Under the pieces are notes generated by a model. That model had not been told where the DNA came from. It saw only the letters and a program-made list of their open reading frames with translations, and searched no databases. This document shows, piece after piece, positions 25,603 to 39,171 of a stretch of DNA of 64,000 nt. Every line of letters begins with the position of its first letter. Position 1 is the first letter of the stretch. Source of the DNA: Octopus sinensis (lineage: Eukaryota). Made by a program: the position numbers and the translations under genes. Location: assembly GCF_006345805.1 (NCBI RefSeq), contig NC_043020.1, forward strand, positions 8,246,001-8,310,000, in the 5' to 3' direction.

Positions 25603-27156
25603 TTAAAGAGAGAAGAGATAATAAAGATAAGATCCTTCCCAAATCATGTAAACCCATAGAGACAGTTTCTGTGGCACATATACTCCTCCCCTGGACAGGA
25701 CGCCAGTCCATCACAGGTACTACTCACTTTTGCCAGCTGAGTGGACTGGAGCAACGTGAAATGAAGTGTCTTGCTCAAGGACACAACACGTTGCCCGGTT
25801 CAGGAATCGAAACCACAATCTTACGATCATGAGTCTAATACCCTAACCACCAGGCCACGTGCCTCTACAGGCTTTGAGTATTGCAATCAGATGTTTTTGC
25901 TTCTGATTGCAATACAGGTCTCACAGATCTGGCATTATGGAGAAGATGTAGGTTTTCTGCTGAGGTCGACTTTGCCTTTCATCCTTTCAGGGTCGATAAA
26001 TCAAGTACCAGTTAAATACTGGGGTCAATGTAATCAACTATCCCCCTCCCCAAAATTTCAGGCCTTGTGCCTGTAGTAGAAGAGATTATGGAGATGCAGG
26101 TGGAATGCCTTGGGAAATGATAGCAAGACAAATCCTTCAAGCCAAACCAACCAGAAGAAAAGCAAGAGGTGGGCAAAGAACAAGGATGTTGGTCATGCTT
26201 GGATATCTAGCCAGAGAGTCTAACGATGGTTGCTTCTGGTAGAGTCCAACAGTAGAGGTAGCCAAGATCTCCACCCTTGAGGACCTTTCCAGGAATTGTA
26301 GGGTGACAAAAATGAATTGAATGAATTGATGTTTTTTTGGGGGGGGCGGGGCCTCATTCCAGTGCTGGGTGTGTTTCTCCTCTTCATCTTCACAGCCTTA
26401 CCAGCTGTGAGCAATGCCGAAATGCCCTCCACTTTTGAAGAGTGAAGGTCAAGCCTCTTCAAAATGGTCATTGATCAGTAGTTCTCAACGAGGATCCATA
26501 TGAGATGGGGGGAGGGGGGGTCAAAGCAAGTGGAATAGTAAATTGGGGGCACGCAGTAGTATTTGAAGGGTGTATGAAACAATTTTGCATTCGATATATA
26601 TTGATTGCAAAAAAAAAAACAGCTGAGTTTCTTTCTCTGACATTTTGCAGAGATCAACAGGTTTCTGGTCATTGGAACATATTCTTTCAGAAGAGTTCTG
26701 TTGCAAATGCACACAAATGAATGAGAGAAAAACAAAAACAGGAATTTTTAAAGAAGTCTCTATAAAACTGTTCTATATAGGTGCAGGAGTGGCTGTGTGG
26801 AAGTAGCTTGCTTACCAACCACATGGTTCCGGGTTCAGTCCCACTGTGTGGCATCTTGGGCAAGTGTCTTCTGCTATTGCCTTGTGAGTGGATTTGGTAG
26901 ACGGAAACTGAAAGAAGCCTGTCGTATATATGTATATATGTGTGTGTGTGTTTGTCCCCCTAGCATTGCTTGACAACCGATGCTGGTGTGTTTACGTCCC
27001 CGTCACTTAGCGGTTCGGCAAAAGCGACCGATAGAATAAGTACTGGGCTTACAAAGAATAAGTCCCGGGGTCGATTTGCTCGACTAAAGGCGGTGCTCCA
27101 GCATGGCCACAGTCAAATGACTGAAACAAGTAAAAGAGTAAAAGAATATTTAAGAG

Positions 27157-27410
27157 ATGAGGAATTATGTACATTGTTTACATTATTTACATTTGACAGA
27201 TATTTGTCCTCACCTTGTTTGTTGTTAACACAACGTTTCGGCTGGTATACCCTCCAGCCTTCTTCAGGTGTCTTGGGGAAATTTCGAACCTGGGTTCTCA
27301 TTCCTAAGGTATTTTTAGATGTTATTATTATTGTTAAGGTCACTGCTTGGAATCGAACTCAGAATCTTGGGGTTAGTAGCCCGTGCTTTTAACCACTAAG
27401 CCATATGCCC
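27157..27410 (-). mobile_element. tRNA-headed short element carrying a minimal type I hammerhead motif
   Basis: Head with A-box TGGCTTAGTGG and B-box GTTCGATTCC (about 27410-27339); hammerhead 27272-27227; body shared with 58081-58545. Confidence 0.75.
27227..27272 (-). ncRNA. Minimal type I hammerhead ribozyme motif
   Basis: GACAC-CUGAAGA-A-GGCUG(loop)CAGCC-GAAAC-GU-U-GUGUU: 5-bp stem I, 5-bp stem II, self-complementary ACGU stem III, GUU cleavage triplet. Activity untested. Confidence 0.7.
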
Positions 27411-29867
27411 ATGGCGTAATAGTTTTTATCTATAAAACTATTATTTAAACTTTGAATGGCTATGGGGGTACACTAGAGTAAACTAGGAATCACAGGAGCC
27501 CTTAGATAAAAAAATAGCTTTCGAACCGTTTCTTTAGATGATGTCCATGGCATAACAAGGTTTACAAGATCCTACAGGCCAGGCAGGAACCACCACAACA
27601 TGCCTGACCTATCACAGCTGATGCCTGCGTAGTGTGGCTTCAGTGCTTCTGTGTCTGCATATGCGTGTGTGCTTGCTTAAATTAGCATTTCTTGAAAACT
27701 GCTGAGCTACAAGCAGTGACAGTATTATTTTCCCTGTCAACAAATCAATCACTCATTTCAAGCCTTGAAAAAATCACATGGAATAATAGATTGCCTTTAC
27801 TTGAAAACCAGTTCAGGAGAAATCAATGCCTTGTAATAGAAAAACCCAAGCTATGACAGCACGGAGAAAGAGAGGTAGATTGAATAAATGAATCAGTGTG
27901 TGTGTGTGTGTCTTTTTTTACTTGCTTATTTTATCGGTCTCTTTGGCTGAACTGCTAAGTTACAGGGATGTAAACAAACCCACACTGGTTGTCAAGCAGT
28001 GAAGGGATACAAACACAGATATATATATATACATAATGGGCTCCTTTCAGTTTCTGCTCACCAAATCCACTCACAAGGTTTTGGTAAGCTCAAAGCAAAT
28101 AGTAGAAAACACTTGCTCAAGGTGCCATGCAGTGGGACTGAACCCGCAACCATGTCACTGGGAAGATAGCTTCTTAGCTACACAACCATACCTGTACTGA
28201 GTCACAGGCATCTATGCACACATACAGAGATAAGTCGTAAATGACAGAGAAACAGTTTGAAGAAATTTGATTTAACAATAAGAAAATTCAAATATCACGA
28301 CAAATGTTTCGTAACTTAAAAATTTCACCAAACTATTTGTCATTTATAACTTTATACACTCCTTATCATTTCTCATGTTACAATAAATTCTTTGTTTTGT
28401 AGAATGATACATTGAGGAGGATTTTTTTTTTATGAGTGCTACTGGATTACTTGAATTCATATATTGGGATGTGCCACCAGACTGGCTCCCATGGCACGTA
28501 AAAAACACCTTTTGAGCCTGGTCGTTGCCAGTATTACCTGACTGGCCCCCGAGCCAGTGGCACATAAAAGCACCCACTACATTCTCAGAGTGGTTGGTAT
28601 TAGGAAGGGCATCCAGCTGTAGAAACTCTGCCAGATCAGATTGAGCGTGGTCAATGCCAGTACCGCCTGACTGGCCCTCATGTCCATGGCACGTAAAAGC
28701 ACTCGCTACTCTCTCAGAGTGGTGTTAGGAAGAGCATCCAGTGGTAGAAACTTTGCCAGATCAGATTGGAGCCTGGTGCAGCCTTCTGGCTCGCCAATCC
28801 TCAAACCATCCAACCCATGCCAGCATGGAAAGTGGACGTTAAACGACAATTATGATATATAATGTGTGTGTGTGTGTGTGTATATATGTGCATATGTATA
28901 AATAACAGTTAACTGTTTGGCCTTAAAACATTTCGATAGATCTTCCATTGAAAGACTGTGTGGTAAGAAGTTTGCTTTCCAACCATATGCTTCCCGGTTC
29001 AATCCACTATAGCTCCAGGCTGACCAAAGGCTTGTGAGTGGATTTCGCAGACAAACTAAAACAAACCCGTCATATGTGTGTGTGTGTTTATGTTTGTCCC
29101 CCACCACTCATTGACAACGAGTGTTGGTGTGTTTATGCCCTCATAATTTAGCAGTTTGGCAAATGAAAACCAATAGAATACCAGGCCTAAAAAAATAAAA
29201 AGTGGTGAGGTCGATTTGTTTGACTAAACCCTTCAAGGTGGTGCTCCAGCATGGCTACAGTCCAGCAGCTGAAACAACACACACACACATGCAACCTTGA
29301 GGGTGCTTTTTTTGGTAAAGGATTGATCTGAGATCTTGTGTTGAAACTAAACTGTATTGTCATAATCAAGCCAGCCCCACTTCACCCATACACACACACA
29401 CACACATATATCTATATATATATATATATATATACTCTTTACTCTTTTACTTGTTTCAGTCATTTGACTGCGGCCATACTGGAGCACCGCCTTTAGTCGA
29501 GCAAATCGACCCCGGGACTTATTCTTTGTAAGCCCAGTACTTATTCTATCGGTCTCTTTTGCCGAACCGCTAAGTGACGGGGATGTAAACACACCAGCAT
29601 CGGTTGTCAAGCAATGCTAGGGGGACAAACACAGACACACACATATATATATAACCCATGCTAGCATGGAGAACGGACATTAAACGATGATGATGATACA
29701 TATATACGATAGGCTTCTTTCAGTTTCCGTCTACCAAATCCACTCACAAGGCTTTGGTCGGCCCGAGGCTATAGCAGAAGACACTCGACCAAGATGCCAC
29801 GCAGTGGGACTGAACCCGGAACCATGTGGTTGGTTAGCAAGCTACTTACTACACAGCCACTCCTGCG

Positions 29868-29906
<39 letters not shown>

Positions 29907-30190
29907 AAAAATTTTAAGTAAATAGAAAATGAAGAAGCGAGATATATATTTCTCCATTTTCTGTTTACTTTAAATTTGTTTCCTGACAAACTCATGTTTA
30001 TCTTTGTTGTTACCTGTAATCTATGAGCATAACATGCTTGCATTTGTATATCCAGGGTTAACATAGGTAATTATACCAGTAGTGTAACGGATAATTTTAT
30101 CCCTTAGACAGTTACCCCAACCTCTAAGTCTACTAACCTTTATTTATACACACACACACACACACTATTGCATTCATATTTGTCTTTTAA

Positions 30191-30412
30191 CCCTTTCATT
30201 ACTGTATTTCTGTTGAGATGCTCTGTGTTTCTTTCAATTACTTTAAATATATCAAAGAACTTTAGTAAGATAACTTGGTTATCATTAAACTAGTGTTAGG
30301 AACATAAATTGTGACTAAGTTTTGGTGGAAGATTTTAATTCAAAACTTATGAAAACAAGACATTTGTACTACAGAATCAGAGACAGTTTCAGGTGGGTTG
30401 GTAACGGAAGGG
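30191..30412. mobile_element. piggyBac-type MITE, family 2 (copy 1)
   Basis: TTAA|CCCTTT...AAGGG|TTAA; body shared with 30521-30742. Confidence 0.75.
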
Positions 30413-30520
30413 TTAAGAGAAGCTATTTAAGAAAGGAAGAATGATTTTATTGCTGTTGAGGTCATCTTCACCTTTCATATCTTCAACATCAATACTAATG
30501 GGACCTGTGGAAAAGATTAA

Positions 30521-30742
30521 CCCTTTTGTTACCATATTTCTGTTGAGATGCTCTGTGTTTCTTTCAATTAATTTTAAATATAACAAAGAACTTAATAAAA
30601 TAACTTAGTTATCATTCAGCTGGTGTTAGGAACATAAATTGTGACTAAGGTTTGGTGGAAAATTTTAATTCAAAACTTTTATAAACAAGTCATTTGTACT
30701 GCAGAGCCAAGGCCAGTTTCAGCCGGGTTGGTCATGAAAGGG
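30521..30742. mobile_element. piggyBac-type MITE, family 2 (copy 2)
   Basis: TTAA|CCCTTT...AAAGGG|TTAA; same orientation as copy 1, about 100 bp away. Confidence 0.75.
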
Positions 30743-31939
30743 TTAACAGCAGAGAGCAGTTTTATAGACCAATCCATCTTTTGTTGAGGAAGGTCATGTT
30801 TGGAACTATTTTTGCTTTCGAGATATGTCAAGTTTATTGATGCAGAAAATACCAATTTTCTTTCTTTCTTTCTTTCTTTTTTTTTTTTTTTTGGTAGATA
30901 CTTAGCATCAAATCCTGGAATAACCCTGAAATTTAATTTCAGAGTTAAATGGTTAATTTTTTTTTTAAATTGGTGCTTTACTGCAGGTGATAATTATTAA
31001 GAACTTTAAAAACGGATCTTCTTTTTTTTCTGCCTGGGGAAGGTTGTGAATGTCATGGCTGGCTACTTTTGTTTTTATTATTCTCCTGTTTTTTTTTTTT
31101 TTTTTGCTTTTCTTTCAAAAAAATAATAGAGGACAGACAGACAGACAAGAAGGGGAATCCCCCACCCCACAGAAAATTGTCTGGTGAATACTTCAATATA
31201 TTTGAATAATTCAAATACATCCATTTATTAAAAAATTACTATTTTTAAATCCCACAATGTGAGATATTCAGCAACAGTACTTTGTAGTAAAGATTGTTTG
31301 CCAACATAACAGGGCAGTCCTGGTTTAGGACGAATGTTGCTGTAATTTAGCCCCAGGAGACATCCATTTATTCCCAAGCCCCCACCAAGAGAAATTTCAC
31401 AAGGTAGTACATGACTGTTTTTGCTTGTGCAAAATAGGGGCTCGCCCCAAATTTCAAGAAGGCAGTGAGATGGGGTTTTGTTTTTTTTTTGTTGCTTTAT
31501 TTTTTTCTGGTGTTTTTGAGGGAAAAATCTGTTCATTCTTCCTTAATCAGAGACGACCAAAAAAAAGAATGAATCAAGTAGTGAGAAGAGGAAGGGTTTC
31601 TCTGCCGATTGTTATCTGTGGTGGTAGTCATGGCAAAGAGGAAATGATATTTCATGCAATAACAGTTCATATTTTTTTTTGTTCCCTTCTTATCTCATCT
31701 TGTAGGGGGCACTGTAAAAACCGGAGAGAATGGAGGAGTGCAGAGGACTTCTTTCGGGGGTGGGAGGTGGGGCAAGACGTAACAGACGATTCCGTTTGTT
31801 CCCCCACTACACACACACAACACACATAGAGAAAATATTTTGAACAAAAATGAAATTTTGTTGCGCTTTGCAATCTCTCGGTCTTCATCTATTTTCCCAG
31901 CACATTCCACTCTTTGAGAAACCGTTTATATTAATGTAC

Positions 31940-32184
31940 AAATGCATATATTTATATACATACATCTATATATATATATATAAATGTATATATATAATAG
32001 ATATAAATATATATATTATAAAATATATATCTATATATATAAATGTATATATATAATATATATATATAAATATATATAAATGTATATATATATATATATA
32101 TAAATGTAATATATATATATATATATAATGTATATATATATATATATATATAATATATTATAAATGTATATATATATATAATAA

Positions 32185-32218
<34 letters not shown>

Positions 32219-32220
32219 GT

Positions 32221-32252
<32 letters not shown>

Positions 32253-33310
32253 TATATATATATTATATATATATATTATAAATGTATATATATATATATA
32301 TACACATATAATATAAATTATATATATAAATGTATATATTATATATAAATGTAGTATATATATATATATATATATAAATGTATATATATATATATATACA
32401 CATATATATATAAATATATATATAAATGTATATATATATATATATAATGTAATATTATATATAATGTATATATATATATATATAAATGTATATATATATA
32501 TATAAATGTATATATATATATATATAAATGTATATATATATAGATATATATATAAATGTATATATTATATATATATAAATGTATATATATATCATATATA
32601 TAAATGTATATAATTATATATATAAATGTATAATATATATATATATATAAAATGTTTATATATATATAATATATAAAGGTATATATATATATATATAAAT
32701 GTATATAATATATATAAATGTATATATATATATATATAAATGTAATATATATATATATATAATAAATGTATATTATATATTATATAAATGTATATAATAG
32801 ATTATATATATATTAAATGTAATATATATATATATATATAAATGTATATATATATATATAAATGTATATCTATATATTATATATTATATATATAAATGTG
32901 TATATATATATATATATAATATATATAAATGTGTATATATATATATATCTATATATATATAAATAAAGGTGTATATATCTATTATAAATGTGTATATATA
33001 TATATATATATTATATATATATATATATATATATTATACATATATATATTATATGTTATATATATATATATATATATACTGTATATATATATATATAAAT
33101 GTATATATATATATATATAAATGTATATATATATATTATATAAATGTATATATATATATATATAAATGTATATATATATATATATATAAATGTATATATA
33201 TATATATATAAATGATATATATATATATATAAATGTATATATATATATATATATATAAGTGTATTATATATAATATATATATATATATATCTGTATATAT
33301 ATATATATAT
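31940..33310. repeat. About 1.37-kb degenerate (TA)n-AATG minisatellite
   Basis: Recurrent TATATATATAAATG unit of variable length, almost no C or G. Confidence 0.95.
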
Positions 33311-34183
33311 ATGCTGATGTATAACACATATCCATACATATACATATATGACGATGATAGTGCCTGTGTGTTTGTATGCAAATATGTGTGCATGTATGTA
33401 TATGTGTATGTATATCACGTGATCAACCAGACTATCAGATGTTGTTACACATCGCTGGTCACAATGCGGTCGCATTGTTTTAGTCTTCGAATGACGCCAC
33501 CCCGCTGGCTAAGCGAGCAGGCCATGTGTATGTATATATGTGTTGTTATTTATATATATATATATATATAGATGAGTGAATGTATGTTTGTACACGTATG
33601 TATGTATGTATATATATAAATGTGTGTGTGTGTGTGTATGTAAATAATGCTATTCTTGTGACAGCCATTTTGCTGTAGTGAATTTTAGAAACAAGAACCA
33701 TAACTCTGCTTGCCTCAGTCTACTTAACTGACAAAAAGATGAAGCAAAAAACAAAAAAAATGAAAAAAACTGTTCTGCTCCTACTTTACAAGTAAGAGGA
33801 CGCTCAAATGTAATATATATGAACCGTAGTTTTAACATGAAAAAGACACACAGACAGACACACACACACACACACCCAACTGTCACTGGTCATCTTCTAT
33901 TTCAGCCGAAAACTTGTCGCCTATAAATGAGAAATAAAGCAAGAAAACAAAAATGTTTAAATCTGTGGAATTTTTTTCTCTAAAATCTCGCCATTTTGTA
34001 AAAAAATATATTATTTCTTTCATGCAGATTATCATTATTATTTTTTTTTTTTAATTACTAATTTATTTTTACTAACTGAATGCCTTAATTGTATGCAACT
34101 TACAACAATGCTGTCTGTATGTGACACCACAAGCCCCAACCCAAAACACACTGCTGTGCCACTGGCCTTTCTGAGATTGATTT

Positions 34184-34470
34184 TATACACATGCTGAAGT
34201 TGTGTGAGAGTCTGTCTCCTCCGATTTAGATTCCTAACTACTCCCACATTTTGCAGTGCAGTTTAACCAAAAGCGGGTATCTTATAGTCGTGATTCATAT
34301 CAAGCCCTTCTGGGTATTAGCCCGCGTCTACGATGAGTCTACGATTTAAAAAAAATTTACCATCATTTTTTCATTTCTTTAAAGGAAGTATATAAGGGAA
34401 GTAACTCTCTAAAAATGCTTATATAGCTATTTCCCTTACAAACCCGAGCAACGCCGGGCGATACTGCTAG
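34184..34470 (+). mobile_element. Second, internally deleted copy of the same Helitron
   Basis: Near-identical to 52488-52999 but lacks about 200 bp of the middle; same hairpin and CTAG|T end; 5' end degenerate. Confidence 0.75.
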
Positions 34471-34561
34471 TGTATGTGTATATGTATATATATATATATA
34501 TATTCACATATATACACATACATGTTCATGTATTATATATATATACACACACACACTTATA

Positions 34562-35428
34562 CAAGGTTTGATTAGTAAGTATCCCAACTGTTGCCATAGT
34601 AACGAAGCCAAAGCATGCAGAGTAAAGCTGCTTGGAAAAGATTGACCTTTAACTCTGCTGTACATGCACTCTAAGTTTTAATGTTCTAGCTCACTTGCCC
34701 TCTTTACAGCAGTGCTTGGAAGGAAGGTGTGTAGCATGTGATTGTCGCATTGACCATGACAAAGAAAGTTGTCATGGTGATACTTACTCAGAGGCCTACG
34801 CAAAGTTGCGGAAAGTGTATGGAGAGGAGTGTTTGAGCCACACACGAGAGTACAAGTGGTTCGGACATTTCCAGGATGGCTGAAAAAAATGTTGATATTG
34901 ACAAACGTTCTGGGAGACCCACAACCAGTAGAACAGATGTGCATGCAGCTGTGAAGGGAAATCGTTGAATCACCATCTATGGGTTATCAGAGGATGTGCA
35001 GCTTAGTCACGGTTCAGTTTAGTCCATTATCACTGAGGATTTCGGTATGAGACCTGTGTCTGCAAAGTTTGTGTCAAAACTGCTTTCAGCTGACCAAAGA
35101 GACACTCAGGTTTCAGTTACACAAGATCTCCTTGATTGTGTTGAGAACAATGAAAACCTTTTGAAAACTTTGCATAGTTCTCTCGGCAAGTATTGCCAAG
35201 CTTTTGGCAAAATTTGATGCAGAGTCTTTGCTCAACTTTCTCTGTCAATGCGCCAATCACACACTACACATGTTCCTTCCAAGCATTGCTGTAATCAGTG
35301 GAAGTGAACTAGGACGCTAGGGTACATGCACAACAGTGTTCAAGGTCAATCTGTGCCAAGTGGCTTCATTCTGTGTGCTTTACCTTCATTACTATGGCAA
35401 CAGTCTGGATAATTATTGATCAACCACA
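34562..35428 (+). mobile_element. Internally deleted mariner element with both degenerate TIRs and TA flanks
   Basis: Decayed transposase N-terminus (AKLRKVYGEECLS...YKWF..F.DG...RSGRP...VSAKFVSKLL) at about 34770-35170. TIRs share ACTGTTGCCATAGTAA; TA at 34560-61 and 35429-30. Confidence 0.8.
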
Positions 35429-35562
35429 TATATTTATATATTTATATATATATAAAAAATTCAGGGTGAATACTTGATAACAGTAAGCACCTGTATACGC
35501 CAGTTAGTGGTGTAGGTGGTAGGATATATTTATCAAAAGAAAAACAGGATGCAAAGGATTTA

Positions 35563-35649
35563 GCGGTACATATGTTTCTGGCTTTATTGGACAGTTTATA
35601 TCAATGCATAATTGATGCGATATGTATGTCAATAGCCTTCTTCAGCCAC
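35563..35649 (-). ncRNA. Hammerhead-like motif with extended stem II, downstream of the Penelope element
   Basis: GUGG-CUGAAGA-A-GGCU.AUU.GACA...UGUC.AAU.AGCC-A-GAAAC-AUAU-GU-A-CCGC; palindromic stem III ACAUAUGU; A.A mismatch at the base of stem II. Confidence 0.55.
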
Positions 35650-36849
35650 GCACAATTACCACACCAAAGACATGTATTACATTATAAGTTTGGGAAGCAA
35701 ATCCTCATAGTCTCATACAGCAGAGCGAGACACCAAAACAAAAACAAAGCGTCCATATCGTCTTTCACTCGATATAGAATGAGGAGGTTGGATGTTGAGA
35801 TACAGAGAGAAGGAGTTGGAGGGGGGGTGAATCTTTAATGAGTTTGGGATCACAAAGAGGGAAAGTAGTAGATGCAAAGTGTAATAAAAGAGTAAAAAAT
35901 ATAAAAAGAGTAAAAAAAAATATAAAAAGAGTAAAAAATATAAAAAATATAAAAAGAATAAAAAATATAAAAAGAATATACGTATATAAATATACGTGAA
36001 AAAGACATGGAAATATAAATAAATAAAGATAAAGAAGCGAAAAAACAAAGACGAAAAATAAGAATAAAAAATAAAAATAAAATATAAAGGGATAAAGAAA
36101 TAAAAGGGTGGACATAAAGATAAAGTAAGGTACGGAAAGGAATATATGCCGGTTAGTGAAGCTTTAGGATGTATTGGTGGGTGTCATAAATTAAAACTTA
36201 TTTGTCTGGGGATGGTCAGTAAAGTTGTCTGCTCCAAGTTGGTGTGTGGCTAAATAGTTTATCTGCTTTCTCATAAAATGTCTGGGACCGTATTATTATC
36301 AGCCAACATGTACACACATACATGCATGCATATATATACACACGCACACATATATACATACATACACCCGTGTGAAAGTACCGATAGGGATACACATATA
36401 CATACATACTGCTACGCACAGCTACCCAAACCCGCACATAACTAAATACATATATACATACACACCTCTGCACACGTACCCATATACATATAAATAAAAA
36501 TAAAAATACATAGACACACGTACATATACCGAGCCCGCACATCTACACACTTATATACGCATATGTGTACATACATATATATCTCAAAATACACATACAT
36601 ACAGGGAAAAAGTGCATGCAGCTGGGTACAAGAACCCACGCACATATGTACATATACACACACACGCACATGCACACATACATAAGGAAGCAAATCTCTA
36701 TGCATATACGCATATATGCACATATACACTCACACGTACACCCCCAAAAAGAAACTAAGCAAAAATATACAGACCCGCACCCGTAGATACACCCACAGAC
36801 ATGTATATATACATACGCATACACATCCATCGACCCACACATACAAATG

Positions 36850-36883
<34 letters not shown>

Positions 36884-37499
36884 TATATATATACATATAC
36901 GCACATACATATACACAGACACATATATACTCATCTTTACACCCATATACACACGAATATGTGTGCATATATGCATACATATACACATGTATGAGTACAT
37001 GTGTACACATATACATATTTCTTTACTACCCACAAGGGGCTAAACACAGAGGGGACGAACAAAGACAAATGGATTAAGTCGATTATATCGACCCCAGTGC
37101 GTAACTAGTACTTATTTAATCGACTCCGAAAGGATGAAAGGCAAAGTCGACCTCGGCAGGAATTGAACTCAGAACGTAGCGGCAGACAAAATACTGCTAA
37201 GCATTTTGCCCGGTGTGCTAACGTTTCTACCAGCTCGCAGCCTTTCACATATACAGTGAAATCCATACACAAGCAAACATGCATACATCGACATGTATGT
37301 GTCCGCAGAGGTTCATTCAAGTTCATGCGCACACACACACCTGTCCATATATGCATATACGCACACGCCCTCACGTGTGCATTAGTACACGTAAATACAT
37401 GTATACAGACACACCCAGATTCAAGAACATAGGTATATGTACGTATATCCCTACATGCACAGAAACAGGTATATCCATCCGCATGTCTACGTACATGCA

Positions 37500-37960
37500 T
37501 GTGTGTATCTGTGCACTCGGACAAGGAGGAAGTAGGAATGCGCATACAAGTATACATACACATATACCTACACACACACAAGCGCACATACCTACGCACA
37601 CACATATATATATACACACACACAAAAATACCTACACACGCACATACCTACACACACACATATATATACACACACATACAAACATACCTACACACGCACA
37701 AGTGCACATACCTACACACACACATATATATACACACACATACAAACATACCTACACACGCACAAGTGCACATACCTACACACACACACACATATATATA
37801 CACACACACATACAAACATACCTACACACGCACACGCGCACATACCTACACACACACACACACATATATATATATACACACACACATACAAACATACCTA
37901 CACACGCACAAGCGCACATACCTACACACACACACACATATATATAACATACCTACGTGC
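37500..37960. repeat. CA-rich minisatellite, about 60-66-bp unit (CATACCTACACACGCACAAG...)
   Basis: Several recurrent units visible by eye. Confidence 0.85.
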
Positions 37961-38822
37961 ACATCCATACAAACGTGTATATACGCCCACCACTACACGC
38001 ACACACATGGACATACTCATATGCACACACATGCCCATGCTCGCATATACGCACGTGCGCCAATGTGTGTGCGCCTGCGCAGGCATATACTTCTACGCAG
38101 GGGTACGCATAACTCGCGAAGTATACAGGTCTCCACACCTATGCGTCCGAAGATTCATTCCTGCACACACGCAAAAGGAACCTTCATATTCTGAATGTCT
38201 GTCTTGGATAGGGTGGTGTGATGGTTATAAACCATTGTAAATAAATTATAAGTGAATAATTAGCAAGTTAAAGCGGTGTATGGGTAAATCAGAAAAGGAA
38301 GAAAAGAAAGAAAAAAGTAAAAGTAAAGATGCGGCAAAATTAGAGAAGGGATAAAAACAGAAATAAAAATAAATAAAAATAGGGAACATTAAATTGAACA
38401 CAAGCTTGAATGAATGGAGATTAAGAAATTATAATGAACAAAATGAAAATAAACATGAAAATAAAAATAAACATGAAAGTAAAAAAACATGAAAGTAAAA
38501 AAATTATAACAGAAAATATATATATATAAATAAAAATAAAGATAAAAATAAAATGCAAATAAAGATTAAAATAAAATGAAGGTAAACATAAAAGGTGAGT
38601 GTAAAGGTAAGGACCCAGAAAAGGTAGGAAAACATAGGCAGGAAGAAGGGGAAATTATGGAGCAGTCATAAGCGAAAGAGGGGGAAGAAGAGTTCAGGGG
38701 TATAGGCTCAACATCAAAGCTCGAAGTGGAAAGTGATGTGGGAAAAAACCGAGAAGTGCTGGAGCTAACAATGTGTGTAATTGGATATGAGGATATTGCA
38801 TGGGGGAGCTAAGTATAAGAGC

Positions 38823-39171
38823 CTAAGCTTTGTAATATTTTAAGGTTTTAGTTAGTTTGTGCATACAAGACAGTTTGAATTCGGATCTTTTATTAATTAA
38901 TTTGTTTTTCTCCTTGAATTTAATGATATTCAGGAGTTCCACGCAACATAGCTGGCACCCTGTTCTATTATTTAAATAAGGTGCAGCTGATCCGATAATG
39001 GACCACCTGAGGTTAAAATCTATGCTATTGTCTTTAAACTCCCAAATTTTTCTAGATAGGGAGGTGCTGCTAGCCTTGTGTCTATGCCTAAAGGAAGACC
39101 GGTGGTTGTAGTATCCGGATTTCCAGACGGACGAGCAACCTATGTAGGTCAATGTGTTTAATTGAGTACTT
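38823..39171 (-). mobile_element. Penelope-like element, C-terminal GIY-YIG endonuclease (second half)
   Basis: TYIGC...YNHRSSF...STSLSRKIW...W.II..A.PY...CQLC.VE...NKRSE...CMH, typical of canonical C-terminal-EN PLEs; in frame with the 40922 part once the RTE insertion is removed. Confidence 0.88.

Noticed and set aside
26425-26466. 10-bp perfect hairpin TTTTGAAGAG...CTCTTCAAAA resembling a terminator
   Set aside because: Eukaryotic context; a single short stem is expected by chance in 64 kb, and nothing else supports it.
27339-27410. tRNA genes (this and other A/B-box heads at about 2010-2075, 21710-21785, 45160-45230, 63850-63915)
   Set aside because: Acceptor, anticodon and T stems do not pair properly, and each continues into a SINE body; these are tRNA-derived heads.
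32929-33571. IY/YI-repeat ORFs, and the HT/CV-rich ORFs at 36200-38200
   Set aside because: Translations of (TA)n, (CA)n and (TG)n microsatellites.
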